From a virus (taxonomy: Duplodnaviria > Caudoviricetes), in the IMG/VR virus record IMGVR_UViG_2974655483_000001, positions 110,671 to 174,670 of that record: a stretch of 64,000 nucleotides of DNA; one strand, given 5' to 3'. Below, in pieces: positions 9,341-18,882 of this stretch. Numbering within the stretch: position 1 is the first letter of the stretch; every line of letters begins with the position of its first letter. A program made the translations under genes and the position numbers. The notes under the pieces were generated by a model. That model did not search any database, was not told the origin of the DNA, and was given only the letters and a program-made list of their open reading frames with translations.

Positions 9341-11061
9341 TGATTACATTTGAAACTATCCGCTGGAAAAACTTTCTTTCAACAGGAGATCAGTGGACTG
9401 AGATTGACTTTTGTGAGTCATCCTCAACTCTTATTGTAGGTTCTAATGGCGCAGGGAAGTCCACTATGTTGGATGCCCTGTGTTTTGCTTTGTTTGGAAA
9501 GGCATTCCGTAAGATAAACAAACCTCAACTAGTCAATAGCATCAACGAGAAAGATGCTAAAGTGGAAGTTACCTTTAGTATTGGTAAGGAAGAGTATCGT
9601 GTGTTCAGAGGCATTAAACCAAATGCGTTTGAACTTTACAAGAATAATAAACTGGTTGATCAGGATGCTGCTACCAAGGACACACAAAAATATCTTGAAC
9701 AATCTGTACTCAAACTTAACTATAAGTCATTTACTCAAGTAGTCATTCTTGGGTCTAGTACATTTGTCCCCTTCATGCAACTTGCTGCTTCTCACAGGAG
9801 AGAGGTGATTGAAGACTTGCTTGATATTAATATTTTCTCGAATATGAATGGTCTTTTGAAAGATCGTATTCGTGCATCACAGGGTCAAAGTAAAGATTGT
9901 TCTCACATGTTGACTCTTGCTGAAGGCAAAGTCCATGCTCAGAAAAAACTAATCAACTCTCTTGAAGAAGTTAATCAGAATCGTCAAGAAGAGAAACAGA
10001 AAAAGTATGATGAGAATCTTTCTTTCATGAAGAAGGTACATGAAGATAAGTATATTGTAGAGAAAGATATTAAAGATACAGAAAGTAAAATCGGTGACTA
10101 TGATGCTGCAGCAAAAACTTTATCATCTTTGCGTCAAGGTCAGTCGGATAGAAAATCTCAACTAAAAATTATTTCCAAAGATCTGAAATTTTTTAAGGGG
10201 CATGATGTATGTCCTACATGTACACAAGACATTAGTGGCACTTTTAAAGATGACCAAATTACTACATTAACACATTCAGGCAAACTAGTTGCAGAAGAAA
10301 TTGTGCAATTTAATGTAGATGTTGCTGATGCATCTCAGATTATATCTGAGATTTCTGAGCAGTCTATGAAACTTAAAGAACTTTCTAGTAATCTTTCTGC
10401 ACTTGATCGTGATTATGTTAGACTAGAGTTTGAGAATCTTCGCATTAAAGATGAACTTGTAAAGTTACAGGAACATACTCCCAACATTGATAAAGAGAGG
10501 GAACATTTACAAAATGTCCAAGATGAGTATGCAAAAACAGAATCCGATTGTGCAGCAGTTAGCCAACAATTAGATGAGTTTCAAGTCATTGCTTCCTTAC
10601 TCAAAGATTCTGGAATTAAGAGTAGGATCATCAAAAAATATATTCCTATCTTCAATCAACTAATTAACAAGTATCTTCAATCGATGGACTTCTTTGTTAA
10701 CTTTACTCTTGATGAAGAGTTTAATGAAGTTATTAAGAGTCGTTTCAGAGATGAGTTTTCTTACGCATCGTTCTCTGAAGGTGAGAAGCAAAAGATTGAT
10801 TTGGCATTATTGTTCACATGGCGTGAAGTTGCTCGTATGAAAAATAGTGTTGCTACTAACTTACTTATTCTTGATGAAGTATTTGATAGTTCATTAGATG
10901 CTTCTGGTACTGGAGAACTTCTTCAGATTCTTCGTGGTCTTGGAAAGGATACTAATGTCTTTGTTATCTCACATAAAGGAGACATTTTAGTCGATAAGTT
11001 CTTGCGAACACTGAAGTTTGAAAAGATTAATGATTTTTCAAAGATGTCTGATGAGTCCTAA
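9340..11061 (+). CDS. g46: Recombination ATPase gp46 (SbcC/Rad50-like)
   Basis: GSNGAGKST, CPTC zinc hook, FSEGEK signature, LILDEVFD. Confidence 0.96.
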   Translation: MITFETIRWKNFLSTGDQWTEIDFCESSSTLIVGSNGAGKSTMLDALCFALFGKAFRKINKPQLVNSINEKDAKVEVTFSIGKEEYRVFRGIKPNAFELYKNNKLVDQDAATKDTQKYLEQSVLKLNYKSFTQVVILGSSTFVPFMQLAASHRREVIEDLLDINIFSNMNGLLKDRIRASQGQSKDCSHMLTLAEGKVHAQKKLINSLEEVNQNRQEEKQKKYDENLSFMKKVHEDKYIVEKDIKDTESKIGDYDAAAKTLSSLRQGQSDRKSQLKIISKDLKFFKGHDVCPTCTQDISGTFKDDQITTLTHSGKLVAEEIVQFNVDVADASQIISEISEQSMKLKELSSNLSALDRDYVRLEFENLRIKDELVKLQEHTPNIDKEREHLQNVQDEYAKTESDCAAVSQQLDEFQVIASLLKDSGIKSRIIKKYIPIFNQLINKYLQSMDFFVNFTLDEEFNEVIKSRFRDEFSYASFSEGEKQKIDLALLFTWREVARMKNSVATNLLILDEVFDSSLDASGTGELLQILRGLGKDTNVFVISHKGDILVDKFLRTLKFEKINDFSKMSDES

Positions 11062-11085
11062 ATAAACTTGGTTGGGGAAAAACTT

Positions 11086-11400
11086 TTGCTTTCTACACAG
11101 TACAGACTACGACTGGAATTTATTTGTAAATGTATTGCTAATGGCGAAGAAGTAAAATTGTCTGATATGATTTGGGCAAACAAACTTGCTAAAGCAAATA
11201 CAACTGCTAATGAAATGTTGAAGATGGCACGTCGCCAAATCACACAACAGATTGAAGAAGGAAGCACAGATGATTTTCTGAATAGGATGGGGTTAGGTGA
11301 TCCCGACCCATCCAATCATAAAACGGGATTCGATAGTGCTGATGATATCAAAGACTGGTTTCAACAGGACCGCAGTGAAGATTGGAGACAGCGAGACTAA
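11086..11400 (+). CDS. Hypothetical protein
   Basis: Probable TTG start (MLSTQYRLRLE...DWRQRD). Confidence 0.7.
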   Translation: MLSTQYRLRLEFICKCIANGEEVKLSDMIWANKLAKANTTANEMLKMARRQITQQIEEGSTDDFLNRMGLGDPDPSNHKTGFDSADDIKDWFQQDRSEDWRQRD

Positions 11401-11588
11401 TGCCACATGAATTTGATTATGTCGAAGCACCTGCTGAAGGTGAAGTTGACAAATGGGGATTTACGATAAAACCCACTATCACAGATACTGAGTGTATTTT
11501 GCGATGTTTGCGAAATGCTCCTGAGGGAACTGATAGGAAACAAGTTGCAAGATTAATTAAACAATATCATGACCAAGAAACAATATAA
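11400..11588 (+). CDS. Hypothetical protein
   Basis: TAATG-coupled ORF. Confidence 0.65.
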   Translation: MPHEFDYVEAPAEGEVDKWGFTIKPTITDTECILRCLRNAPEGTDRKQVARLIKQYHDQETI

Positions 11589-11673
11589 ACAACTGCTGCT
11601 CGATCACTTCACAGAGCAGTTGGATAAATTGACAGCAAAGGAACTGAAGGAACTTGCTGCGAGACACACATGA
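11569..11673 (+). CDS. 34-aa hypothetical protein
   Basis: MTKKQYKQLLLDHFTEQLDKLTAKELKELAARHT; ATGA-coupled to the next ORF. Confidence 0.5.
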   Translation: MTKKQYKQLLLDHFTEQLDKLTAKELKELAARHT

Positions 11674-11801
11674 AGGATTATGTCTGTATCCCCATGTGGG
11701 ATCCTATTTTCGAGATGATGCGCTATCATTGGGTTCACAAGTCAGAAAGGGATCCTGAGCAATTCGTGAAAAATCTTAATCCAGAGCAAGAAGTGCTATG
11801 A
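11670..11801 (+). CDS. 43-aa hypothetical protein
   Basis: MKDYVCIPMWDPIFEMMRYHWVHK...; ATGA overlaps at both ends. Confidence 0.6.
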   Translation: MKDYVCIPMWDPIFEMMRYHWVHKSERDPEQFVKNLNPEQEVL

Positions 11802-12097
11802 GTAGTAAGATGCTATTCCTAGTTGCTAATGGTGATAACAAATGTATCACTCATGATGGATACATTCAACTTGGTAGTTTCTCCCATAGTGTGGAGAAGC
11901 ATCTAGAGTTAAATCCTGAACAAGATTGGCAGGTAACATACTGGATGCCTGATCCATTTAGTATCAGATACCCAAGACCTAATTATCAGCATACAATGAA
12001 GGCGAATGAAGGTTCTCCTAAAACTGATAATTCTACTGATAGTAGACCAAGAGATTTCCCTGACCAAGCAACAAATAGATTGGAGAGAACATTATGA
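11798..12097 (+). CDS. Hypothetical protein
   Basis: ATGA-coupled 99-aa ORF. Confidence 0.7.
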   Translation: MSSKMLFLVANGDNKCITHDGYIQLGSFSHSVEKHLELNPEQDWQVTYWMPDPFSIRYPRPNYQHTMKANEGSPKTDNSTDSRPRDFPDQATNRLERTL

Positions 12098-12243
12098 AGA
12101 TGTGGGAGACTGAGTGTGTTGGGTGTGGTAAACTGACACCAGCAAATCAATGTCCTCAGGTAGGATGCTATGTTCCGTCCGAGAATAAATATAAAAATTC
12201 ACTATGCAAACCCTGTTGGTTAAAAAGCAAATGCAAGCAGTAA
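12094..12243 (+). CDS. 49-aa zinc-finger-like protein
   Basis: MKMWETECVGCGK...LCKPCW; two CxxC pairs; ATGA-coupled. Confidence 0.6.
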   Translation: MKMWETECVGCGKLTPANQCPQVGCYVPSENKYKNSLCKPCWLKSKCKQ

Positions 12244-12473
12244 TCTATTCAAATGGAAGTCAAGAGTGTCAGCGTATGGCAGCACTATTAGAGTCTCTTG
12301 GTGGAGAGTTTTTAGAATATAAACTCAATAATCACTTTACTCAAAGATCATTTGAAAATGAATTTGGCGAAGGGGCGACTTATCCCCAAGTATCTTTGGA
12401 TTATAAGCATGTTGGTAACATGCATGACACATTACATTTCCTGCAAGAGAAGGGAATGCTTGTAGGACAGTGA
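12231..12473 (+). CDS. Glutaredoxin-like protein (SQEC variant)
   Basis: IYS..SQEC, TYPQV cis-Pro motif, HVG. Confidence 0.75.
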   Translation: MQAVIYSNGSQECQRMAALLESLGGEFLEYKLNNHFTQRSFENEFGEGATYPQVSLDYKHVGNMHDTLHFLQEKGMLVGQ

Positions 12474-12476
12474 CGA

Positions 12477-12529
12477 AAGTGTCTCATTGGTTGTCCAACG
12501 GTAGGAATCTCTGCTATAATTACAGGGTA
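12477..12529 (+). promoter_or_regulatory. Early-type promoter (extended -10 TGCTATAAT)
   Basis: TCTGCTATAATTACAGGGTA, identical to 48550-48569. Confidence 0.7.
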
Positions 12530-12543
12530 ACCAAGAGAGACGG

Positions 12544-14655
12544 ATGAACACTCAGGAAGTCAAAGGCACTCTTGCCAAACTACTTGCTACAGAGAACCTG
12601 ACGGTAGAGCATCGCAAGGTTAGCACTGCGTGCTTCGATGTTGATAAACGTCTCCTCATCCTTCCCATCTGGAAAACTGCATCTAACACTGTCTATGACC
12701 TTCTGGTAGGTCATGAGGTAGGTCATGCTCTATATACACCTAACGAGGACTTTGGTAGCGTCTCAAAGGCATTTGTGAATGTCTTAGAGGACGCTCGTAT
12801 TGAGAAGATGATGAAGGTCACTTATCCTGGTCTTCGCAAATCCTTCTTTGAAGGTTACCGAGAACTTTGGGAGAGAGATTTCTTTGGTGTTAAGAATGAA
12901 GAGGTATCAGATTTATCTTTGATTGATCGTATCAACTTATACTTCAAAGGTAAACCTGATATGGTTTTCTCTGATGATGAAAGAACTTGGGTTGACCGTG
13001 CTGATAATACCAAATCATTTCAAGAGGTTCTCCAACTTGCACGAGAACTCTGGGAATATGTCAACCAGAAGAAAGATGAAACTGAGACTCCAATTCAACC
13101 CAAGTCGGAGAATGGTCAGCAGTCTGCAGATACAGAAGAGGAAATAAATTTTGAAGATCAAGACGAGCAAGGAGAAGATGAAGACGGTGAGTATGAAGAT
13201 ACTTCTGAATTAGAAATTCCTACATACGAGAGTGGTGGAGAAATTGATGAGACTCAATCTATAACAGATGAGGCACTGTCTCAAGCACTAGAAACTTTGG
13301 TTGATGATGATGCTAAGGAATGGGTATACTTAAGTTTACCTAAGATTGATCTTGATGATTATGTTGTTCCTTATAATGTCGTTCAAGAAAATTTGAATGC
13401 CCATTATTATGGATATGATTTTGGTGATGACCAGGAGTCCAAAGAATACTATGATCGGAATCTTTCATATGCTGTAGATCATTACAACAGTTTCAAAAAA
13501 GATACTCAGAAAACAGTCAACTACTTATGTAAGCAATTTGAAATGAGGAAGTCTGCTGATGAATACAAACGTGTAGCAACTTCTAAGACAGGGATTCTTG
13601 ATACAAACAAACTGCATACTTATAAATTCAATGATGATATTTTTAAGAAAGTTGCTATCATCCCTGAGGGTAAGAACCATGGTCTAGTAATGCATCTTGA
13701 CTGGTCTGGTTCTATGCAGAGTCAACTTCTAGATACTATGAAGCAACTTTATAATCTAGTATGGTTCTGCAAAAAATGCGGTATTCCTTTTCGAGTGTAT
13801 GCTTTCCAATCTGGATTTGTCACTAACCGACAACAGTTACCAGAAGACTTGAAGCAGAGTGAGAATGAACTTGCACTGACTAATGATTTTAGATTGTTGG
13901 AGATGTTCTCTTCCAGGCAAAATGCAAAATCATTAGAGAAGTCTATGCATCTAATGTATGTTCAGGCGTTTTCTATTGGAGGATATCGCATACAACACTA
14001 CTCTGAGTATACTCTTGGTGGTACTCCTCTTGCAGAAGCAGTGTATTGTACTCGTGAGATTGTTGCTCAATTGAAAAGAGTTGAGCGTGTCAGTAAAGTA
14101 AATGTTATTTGTCTGACTGATGGTGAGTCCAATCCAATGGGATACATTAAACGAATTCCTGATGAATACCAATATGCCAACAAAGAGTTTGCTCACTCAT
14201 ATCTCTGCCATCAACGCAATAAAATCTTCTTCCTTCGCGATTCTCAAACTGGATATACTCGCAGAATAAATCCAATTCCTTATAATACTACAAATGAGAT
14301 TGTATCTTTTTATAGAGAGATTACTGATTACAACTGGATTGGTATTCGTATTTGTAGTAAGTCGGAATTGACACGTCTTGTGCGAGAGAGTATAGATATA
14401 GATAGGAATGAATATGAATCCATTGACAAACAATGGAAGAAGGAACGCTTCGTTTCTATCAAAGGCAAAGCAGGATTTACTGAATCTTTTTATATGCCAA
14501 ATCAAGGTTCTGGCATGGGTAGTCAGGATCTTGAGGTTAAAAATAAAAAAGAAGTCGCTACTCGCGCTGAATTGACTAGAGCATTTAAGAAACATATGGG
14601 TTCTAAAATGACAAACAAGACCATCCTTAACGCATTTATTGAGCAAATCGCATGA
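12544..14655 (+). CDS. Metallopeptidase-like/vWA protein (CobT-like partner of MoxR AAA)
   Basis: HEVGH and NVLEDARIE at the N-terminus, acidic linker, DWSGS MIDAS, GGTPL, LTDGE. Confidence 0.88.
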   Translation: MNTQEVKGTLAKLLATENLTVEHRKVSTACFDVDKRLLILPIWKTASNTVYDLLVGHEVGHALYTPNEDFGSVSKAFVNVLEDARIEKMMKVTYPGLRKSFFEGYRELWERDFFGVKNEEVSDLSLIDRINLYFKGKPDMVFSDDERTWVDRADNTKSFQEVLQLARELWEYVNQKKDETETPIQPKSENGQQSADTEEEINFEDQDEQGEDEDGEYEDTSELEIPTYESGGEIDETQSITDEALSQALETLVDDDAKEWVYLSLPKIDLDDYVVPYNVVQENLNAHYYGYDFGDDQESKEYYDRNLSYAVDHYNSFKKDTQKTVNYLCKQFEMRKSADEYKRVATSKTGILDTNKLHTYKFNDDIFKKVAIIPEGKNHGLVMHLDWSGSMQSQLLDTMKQLYNLVWFCKKCGIPFRVYAFQSGFVTNRQQLPEDLKQSENELALTNDFRLLEMFSSRQNAKSLEKSMHLMYVQAFSIGGYRIQHYSEYTLGGTPLAEAVYCTREIVAQLKRVERVSKVNVICLTDGESNPMGYIKRIPDEYQYANKEFAHSYLCHQRNKIFFLRDSQTGYTRRINPIPYNTTNEIVSFYREITDYNWIGIRICSKSELTRLVRESIDIDRNEYESIDKQWKKERFVSIKGKAGFTESFYMPNQGSGMGSQDLEVKNKKEVATRAELTRAFKKHMGSKMTNKTILNAFIEQIA

Positions 14656-14795
14656 AGTGTAAAGTACAACTATTCAAAGCAGGAACAATTTTTGATGAGA
14701 TTGTTATTGCTACAGACTATGACGATGCTAAGAAAGTTGCCTTGGCACGAAACCCTGGAGCAACTATCATGGGAGTAACGGCAGTATTTGAATGA
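14652..14795 (+). CDS. 47-aa hypothetical protein
   Basis: MKCKVQLFKAG...ALARNPGATIMGVTAVFE; ATGA overlaps on both sides. Confidence 0.7.
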   Translation: MKCKVQLFKAGTIFDEIVIATDYDDAKKVALARNPGATIMGVTAVFE

Positions 14796-15304
14796 ACATC
14801 TTTGTCACTGACGAGTCACCTTACAAGTCTGCACGGGTTCTACCAGACAAGCACATTGTCAAGATGCCCCTGGAGACCTGTCAGATGCTCGCTATAGTCG
14901 CCTCAGACAAGTGGGGGCATGGTTATGGTACTTTGCCTAAGGCAGACGGTACACCCTATGCCACAGAGAAGGGAGCGTTTCGTAATCACCCCTGTACTAA
15001 GTGGGCAAACGAGACTGTGGCAAACTCTCGCTGGTTGCTGCAGCATGGGTTTGCTTTATGTGAGGAGTATGCAGCACGATATGGTAAAGTCCATACTTGC
15101 TTCAAGACTCTCCTTGCTGCTGACGAAATCATCCCCAAAGTATCCTTGGATGATCATACTCCTTTTGTCTTTGCAGGACCTGACGAGTATAAGTATGACA
15201 CCAGCATTGACATCTTCACTGCTTATAAGATGTACATTGCATCTAAGCCATGGGTGGCATCCAACTATCTGCGTGTGCCACATCACAAACCGTCTTGGGT
15301 TTGA
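14792..15304 (+). CDS. Pyrimidine-dimer DNA glycosylase-like protein (DenV/Pyr_excise superfamily)
   Basis: MNIF...DKHIVKMPLETCQML, NHPCTKW, EY..RYGKVH. Confidence 0.8.
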   Translation: MNIFVTDESPYKSARVLPDKHIVKMPLETCQMLAIVASDKWGHGYGTLPKADGTPYATEKGAFRNHPCTKWANETVANSRWLLQHGFALCEEYAARYGKVHTCFKTLLAADEIIPKVSLDDHTPFVFAGPDEYKYDTSIDIFTAYKMYIASKPWVASNYLRVPHHKPSWV

Positions 15305-15356
15305 CCCAAATCGATCCAAGACCTGCTATAATTAAAACATAAACAAAGGAGACACG

Positions 15357-16427
15357 ATGTCCCGCAAGTCTGAAATCACTACGGCACAACTTGTAGAGAA
15401 TCTTACTAGCAATTTTGGCACGGAAGTTAGTACTGTACAAGTTCGTGATGCAGCAAATGCTCTAGGTGTATCATATCCTACGGCATGTAAACGTCTTGAC
15501 TCGTACAAGTCTGGTCGTGGCAAGTGGAACTTGACTGCTCAAGAGATTGAGCAAGCATATGAAGCACCTTCAGCCAAACCTTCTGTCGATTATATTCCTG
15601 AGAAAGATGATGCCTATGTCCAGTTTGGTAATTTTCAGTCTGTACGCAAGGTTATCCAGTCCCGTAAGTTTTATCCTGTTTTTATCACGGGTCTTTCTGG
15701 TAACGGTAAAACACTTTCCGTTGAGCAAGCATGTTCTATCACAAAGAGAGAGTTAATTCGTGTCAACATCACGATCGAAACAGATGAAGACGATCTTATT
15801 GGTGGTTTTCGCCTTGTCAATGGTGACACTGTTTGGCATAATGGTCCAGTCATCGAAGCTCTGGAACGGGGAGCTGTACTTCTTCTAGATGAGATTGACC
15901 TAGCATCTAACAAGATTCTTTGTCTGCAGTCTGTTCTTGAAGGTAAGGGTATTTTCCTCAAGAAAATTGGTAAGTATGTAACCCCTAAGGCAGGATTCAA
16001 TGTTATTGCAACTGCAAATACTAAAGGTAAAGGCAGCGATGACGGTCGTTTTGTTGGAACTAATATTCTCAATGAAGCATTCCTCGAACGTTTCCCGATT
16101 ACCTTTGAGCAAGATTATCCATCTGCATCGGTAGAAGAAAAGATTCTACGAAATGTTGGTTGTGATACTATCTTTGCAGAGAATCTTGTTAAGTGGGCAG
16201 GTGTAATTCGTAAGACTTTCTTTGATGGTGGTGTTGATGAAGTGATCACAACCCGTCGTTTGGTTCATATTGCACAAGCAATGGAAATCTTCAATGATCG
16301 TTTTACTGCTATTACTATGTGTGTCAATCGTTTTGATGACGATACTAAGCAATCTTTCTTAGACCTCTATACTAAGGTTGACGCTGGAGAAGATTCCGAA
16401 TATAATGAAGAGGATGAAACCATTTAA
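15357..16427 (+). CDS. cobS: MoxR/CobS-like AAA+ ATPase
   Basis: GLSGNGKT, DEDDLIGG, LLLDEID, ATANTKG, NEAFLERF. Confidence 0.92.
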   Translation: MSRKSEITTAQLVENLTSNFGTEVSTVQVRDAANALGVSYPTACKRLDSYKSGRGKWNLTAQEIEQAYEAPSAKPSVDYIPEKDDAYVQFGNFQSVRKVIQSRKFYPVFITGLSGNGKTLSVEQACSITKRELIRVNITIETDEDDLIGGFRLVNGDTVWHNGPVIEALERGAVLLLDEIDLASNKILCLQSVLEGKGIFLKKIGKYVTPKAGFNVIATANTKGKGSDDGRFVGTNILNEAFLERFPITFEQDYPSASVEEKILRNVGCDTIFAENLVKWAGVIRKTFFDGGVDEVITTRRLVHIAQAMEIFNDRFTAITMCVNRFDDDTKQSFLDLYTKVDAGEDSEYNEEDETI

Positions 16428-16429
16428 TT

Positions 16430-16711
16430 ATGAAGTACAATGAAGACGCGCTTCTCAAGGAGTTGCGCGATTACATTTCGGGAACCTATGGTCAGCATTA
16501 TTCTGCTGGTAATGACAAGATTCAGACATTAGACCTTATTGAATCTTGTGGCGATGCTGAAGCATTCTGTCGCAGCAACATACTAAAGTATGCTTCACGC
16601 TACGATCGTAAGGGTACTGCCCGTCGCGATATTATTAAAATCTTACACTACGGACTACTTCTCCTCCACTTCTCCGACAAATCTCAAATCACTGAAACCT
16701 ATCCTCAATGA
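16430..16711 (+). CDS. Conserved hypothetical protein (DUF3310-like)
   Basis: TYGQHY, FCRSNILKYASRY..KG..RRDIIK. Confidence 0.8.
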   Translation: MKYNEDALLKELRDYISGTYGQHYSAGNDKIQTLDLIESCGDAEAFCRSNILKYASRYDRKGTARRDIIKILHYGLLLLHFSDKSQITETYPQ

Positions 16712-17376
16712 CAGTAATTTCACGTCCAACAATTGAAGTCCTTAAGAACTTCTGTTCTATTAACAAATCCATTGTCATCAAACCTGGTAATACTCTTTCC
16801 ACGCTGAGCATCAATAAGAACATTCTTGCTATTGCAGATGTTCAGGAACAGTTTGATTCTCAGATTAGTATTTACGATTTGAGTGTATTCCTTGGAGGTC
16901 TATCTCTTTTCAATGCACCAAAGGTTGATACTTCTCATCCTAACTTTGTCACAGTAAGTGACGAAAGAGGTAAGTCTAAGACTAGATTCTTCTATGCAGA
17001 CCCTGATATCATTACACAACCACCAGAAAAAGAGATCACTCTTCCATCTGTTGACTGTGATTTTGCTTTGAGTGCTGAAGTTCTTCAACAACTTCTTAAA
17101 GCTGCTTCTGTTTATCAGTTGCCTGACCTGTGTCTTTTTGGGCATGAAGGTGCTGTTCAAATTATGGTAACTGATAAGAAGAACGATACCTCTAACAGTT
17201 ACTCTGTTGATCTTCCTGATGCTGTGATTGGAGACGAAGAGTTTTGTTTCTGCTTTAAAGTGGAGAACCTGAGACTTCTTCCTGGTGCTTATCATGTTAT
17301 GATTAGCAAGCAAAACGTTGCCGAATTCCGAGGTGACGGTATCAAATACTTTATTGCTCTCGAACCTAACAACTGA
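16708..17376 (+). CDS. g45: Sliding clamp gp45
   Basis: LKNFCSINKSI, IYDL..FL, YFIALE. Confidence 0.95.
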   Translation: MTVISRPTIEVLKNFCSINKSIVIKPGNTLSTLSINKNILAIADVQEQFDSQISIYDLSVFLGGLSLFNAPKVDTSHPNFVTVSDERGKSKTRFFYADPDIITQPPEKEITLPSVDCDFALSAEVLQQLLKAASVYQLPDLCLFGHEGAVQIMVTDKKNDTSNSYSVDLPDAVIGDEEFCFCFKVENLRLLPGAYHVMISKQNVAEFRGDGIKYFIALEPNN

Positions 17377-18317
17377 TGAATGATTTTTTATGGGTAGAGA
17401 AGTATCGTCCTCAGACTGTTGAGGAATGTATTCTTCCTGCCAATGTGAAAGAAACCTTCCAGAGTTTCGTTAATCAAGGAGAGATTCCCAATCTTCTCCT
17501 TTCTGGTACTGCTGGTGTTGGTAAAACTACCATCGCCAAAGCACTCTGCAGAGAACTGGGTGCAGATTATTATGTTATCAATGGATCGGATGAAGGTAGA
17601 TTCCTGGACACTGTACGCAATCAGGCAAAATCCTTTGCTTCTACTGTGTCTCTCACTGCTTCTGCTAAGCACAAAGTTCTTATCATTGATGAGGCAGATA
17701 ACACAACCCCAGATGTCCAACTTCTCCTTCGTGCAAGTATCGAAGAGTTCCAAAAAAACTGTAGGTTCATATTCACTTGTAACTTCAAGAATAAAATTAT
17801 CGAACCTCTACATAGTAGGACGACGGTCGTAGAGTTCAATGTCAGAGGACAGACAAAGCAAGAACTTGCTGGTGCGTTTTTTACAAGGTGTCAAGATATC
17901 CTCAGGAGCGAGGAGGTCACCTTCGCTCCGAGAGTTGTTGCAGAAGTCGTCCAGAAATACTTCCCAGATTTCCGAAGAACCCTCAACGAACTCCAAAGAT
18001 ACGCTAGCACAGGGGTTATCGACACTGGTATTCTGGCGGCGCTAGGTGATGCTAATGTAGATACTCTTGTAGCAGCATTAAAGAACAAGCAGTTCAACGA
18101 TGTTAAGAAGTGGGTGACACAGAATCTCGATTCAGATCCAACTTCTATCATGCGTAAACTGTATGATAATCTATCTGGTGTCATGGGTGGTCCTAGTATT
18201 GCAGCAGCAGTTCTAATTATTGCTGAATACCAATACAAGTCTGCTTTCGTTGTAGACCAAGAGATTAATCTACTTGCATGTTTAACTCAAATTATGGTGG
18301 AGTGTGAATTTAAATGA
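17376..18317 (+). CDS. g44: Clamp loader large subunit gp44
   Basis: LWVEKYRP, GTAGVGKTT, IIDEAD, PLHSR, FPDFRR. Confidence 0.97.
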   Translation: MNDFLWVEKYRPQTVEECILPANVKETFQSFVNQGEIPNLLLSGTAGVGKTTIAKALCRELGADYYVINGSDEGRFLDTVRNQAKSFASTVSLTASAKHKVLIIDEADNTTPDVQLLLRASIEEFQKNCRFIFTCNFKNKIIEPLHSRTTVVEFNVRGQTKQELAGAFFTRCQDILRSEEVTFAPRVVAEVVQKYFPDFRRTLNELQRYASTGVIDTGILAALGDANVDTLVAALKNKQFNDVKKWVTQNLDSDPTSIMRKLYDNLSGVMGGPSIAAAVLIIAEYQYKSAFVVDQEINLLACLTQIMVECEFK

Positions 18318-18592
18318 AATTCAAAGCATTAGTATTTGTCCGTCTACGATCGCAGGTGGATGACTCTCCTGGTAATGCTGTGAGAGACGCCTGTAAGCGA
18401 TTGTCTGAGTTGGATATCAAGAAACTTAGACTTGGTAAGGTGATTGATGTTTGGTTGGAAGCAGAGACCAGAGAGTATGCTGAGAAGGAACTCGAAATGC
18501 TCTCTGATAGATTTCTTGCCAACACAGTCATGGAAGACTGGGACTACGAACTGACCGAAATTGAAAACTTCCCTAAAGGTATTGAACAATGA
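18314..18592 (+). CDS. purS: FGAM synthase subunit PurS
   Basis: V.VRLR..V.D..G.AV, LRLGK.I, LAN.VMED. Confidence 0.88.
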   Translation: MKFKALVFVRLRSQVDDSPGNAVRDACKRLSELDIKKLRLGKVIDVWLEAETREYAEKELEMLSDRFLANTVMEDWDYELTEIENFPKGIEQ

Positions 18593-18882
18593 TTGATGTT
18601 AAACTAATTCGGATGATCACTGGAGAAGAGATTATTGCCGAAGTTGTAGATTTTGCGAATGGTATTCTGACAATCAAGAATGCTCTTGCTGTCATTCCTC
18701 AACAGGGACAAATTGGATTTGCTCCTTGGGCAACAGTCATTAGTTTAGACCATCCTGATATTGCTCTTGATATTAAGCATGTTATCTATTCCGTTGAAGT
18801 ACAACCCGAAGTTGTACAACAGTATACTAAACTATTTGGTGGTCCTGACATTATCACTCCAAGTAAGCAATTGATTCTATGA
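18589..18882 (+). CDS. Hypothetical protein (Sm-like)
   Basis: VKLIRMITGEEIIAE, GFAPW. Confidence 0.75.
   Translation: MIDVKLIRMITGEEIIAEVVDFANGILTIKNALAVIPQQGQIGFAPWATVISLDHPDIALDIKHVIYSVEVQPEVVQQYTKLFGGPDIITPSKQLIL

Noticed and set aside
15357-16427. Cobalamin biosynthesis function for cobS
   Set aside because: No cobN or other cob genes here; generic MoxR AAA features suffice
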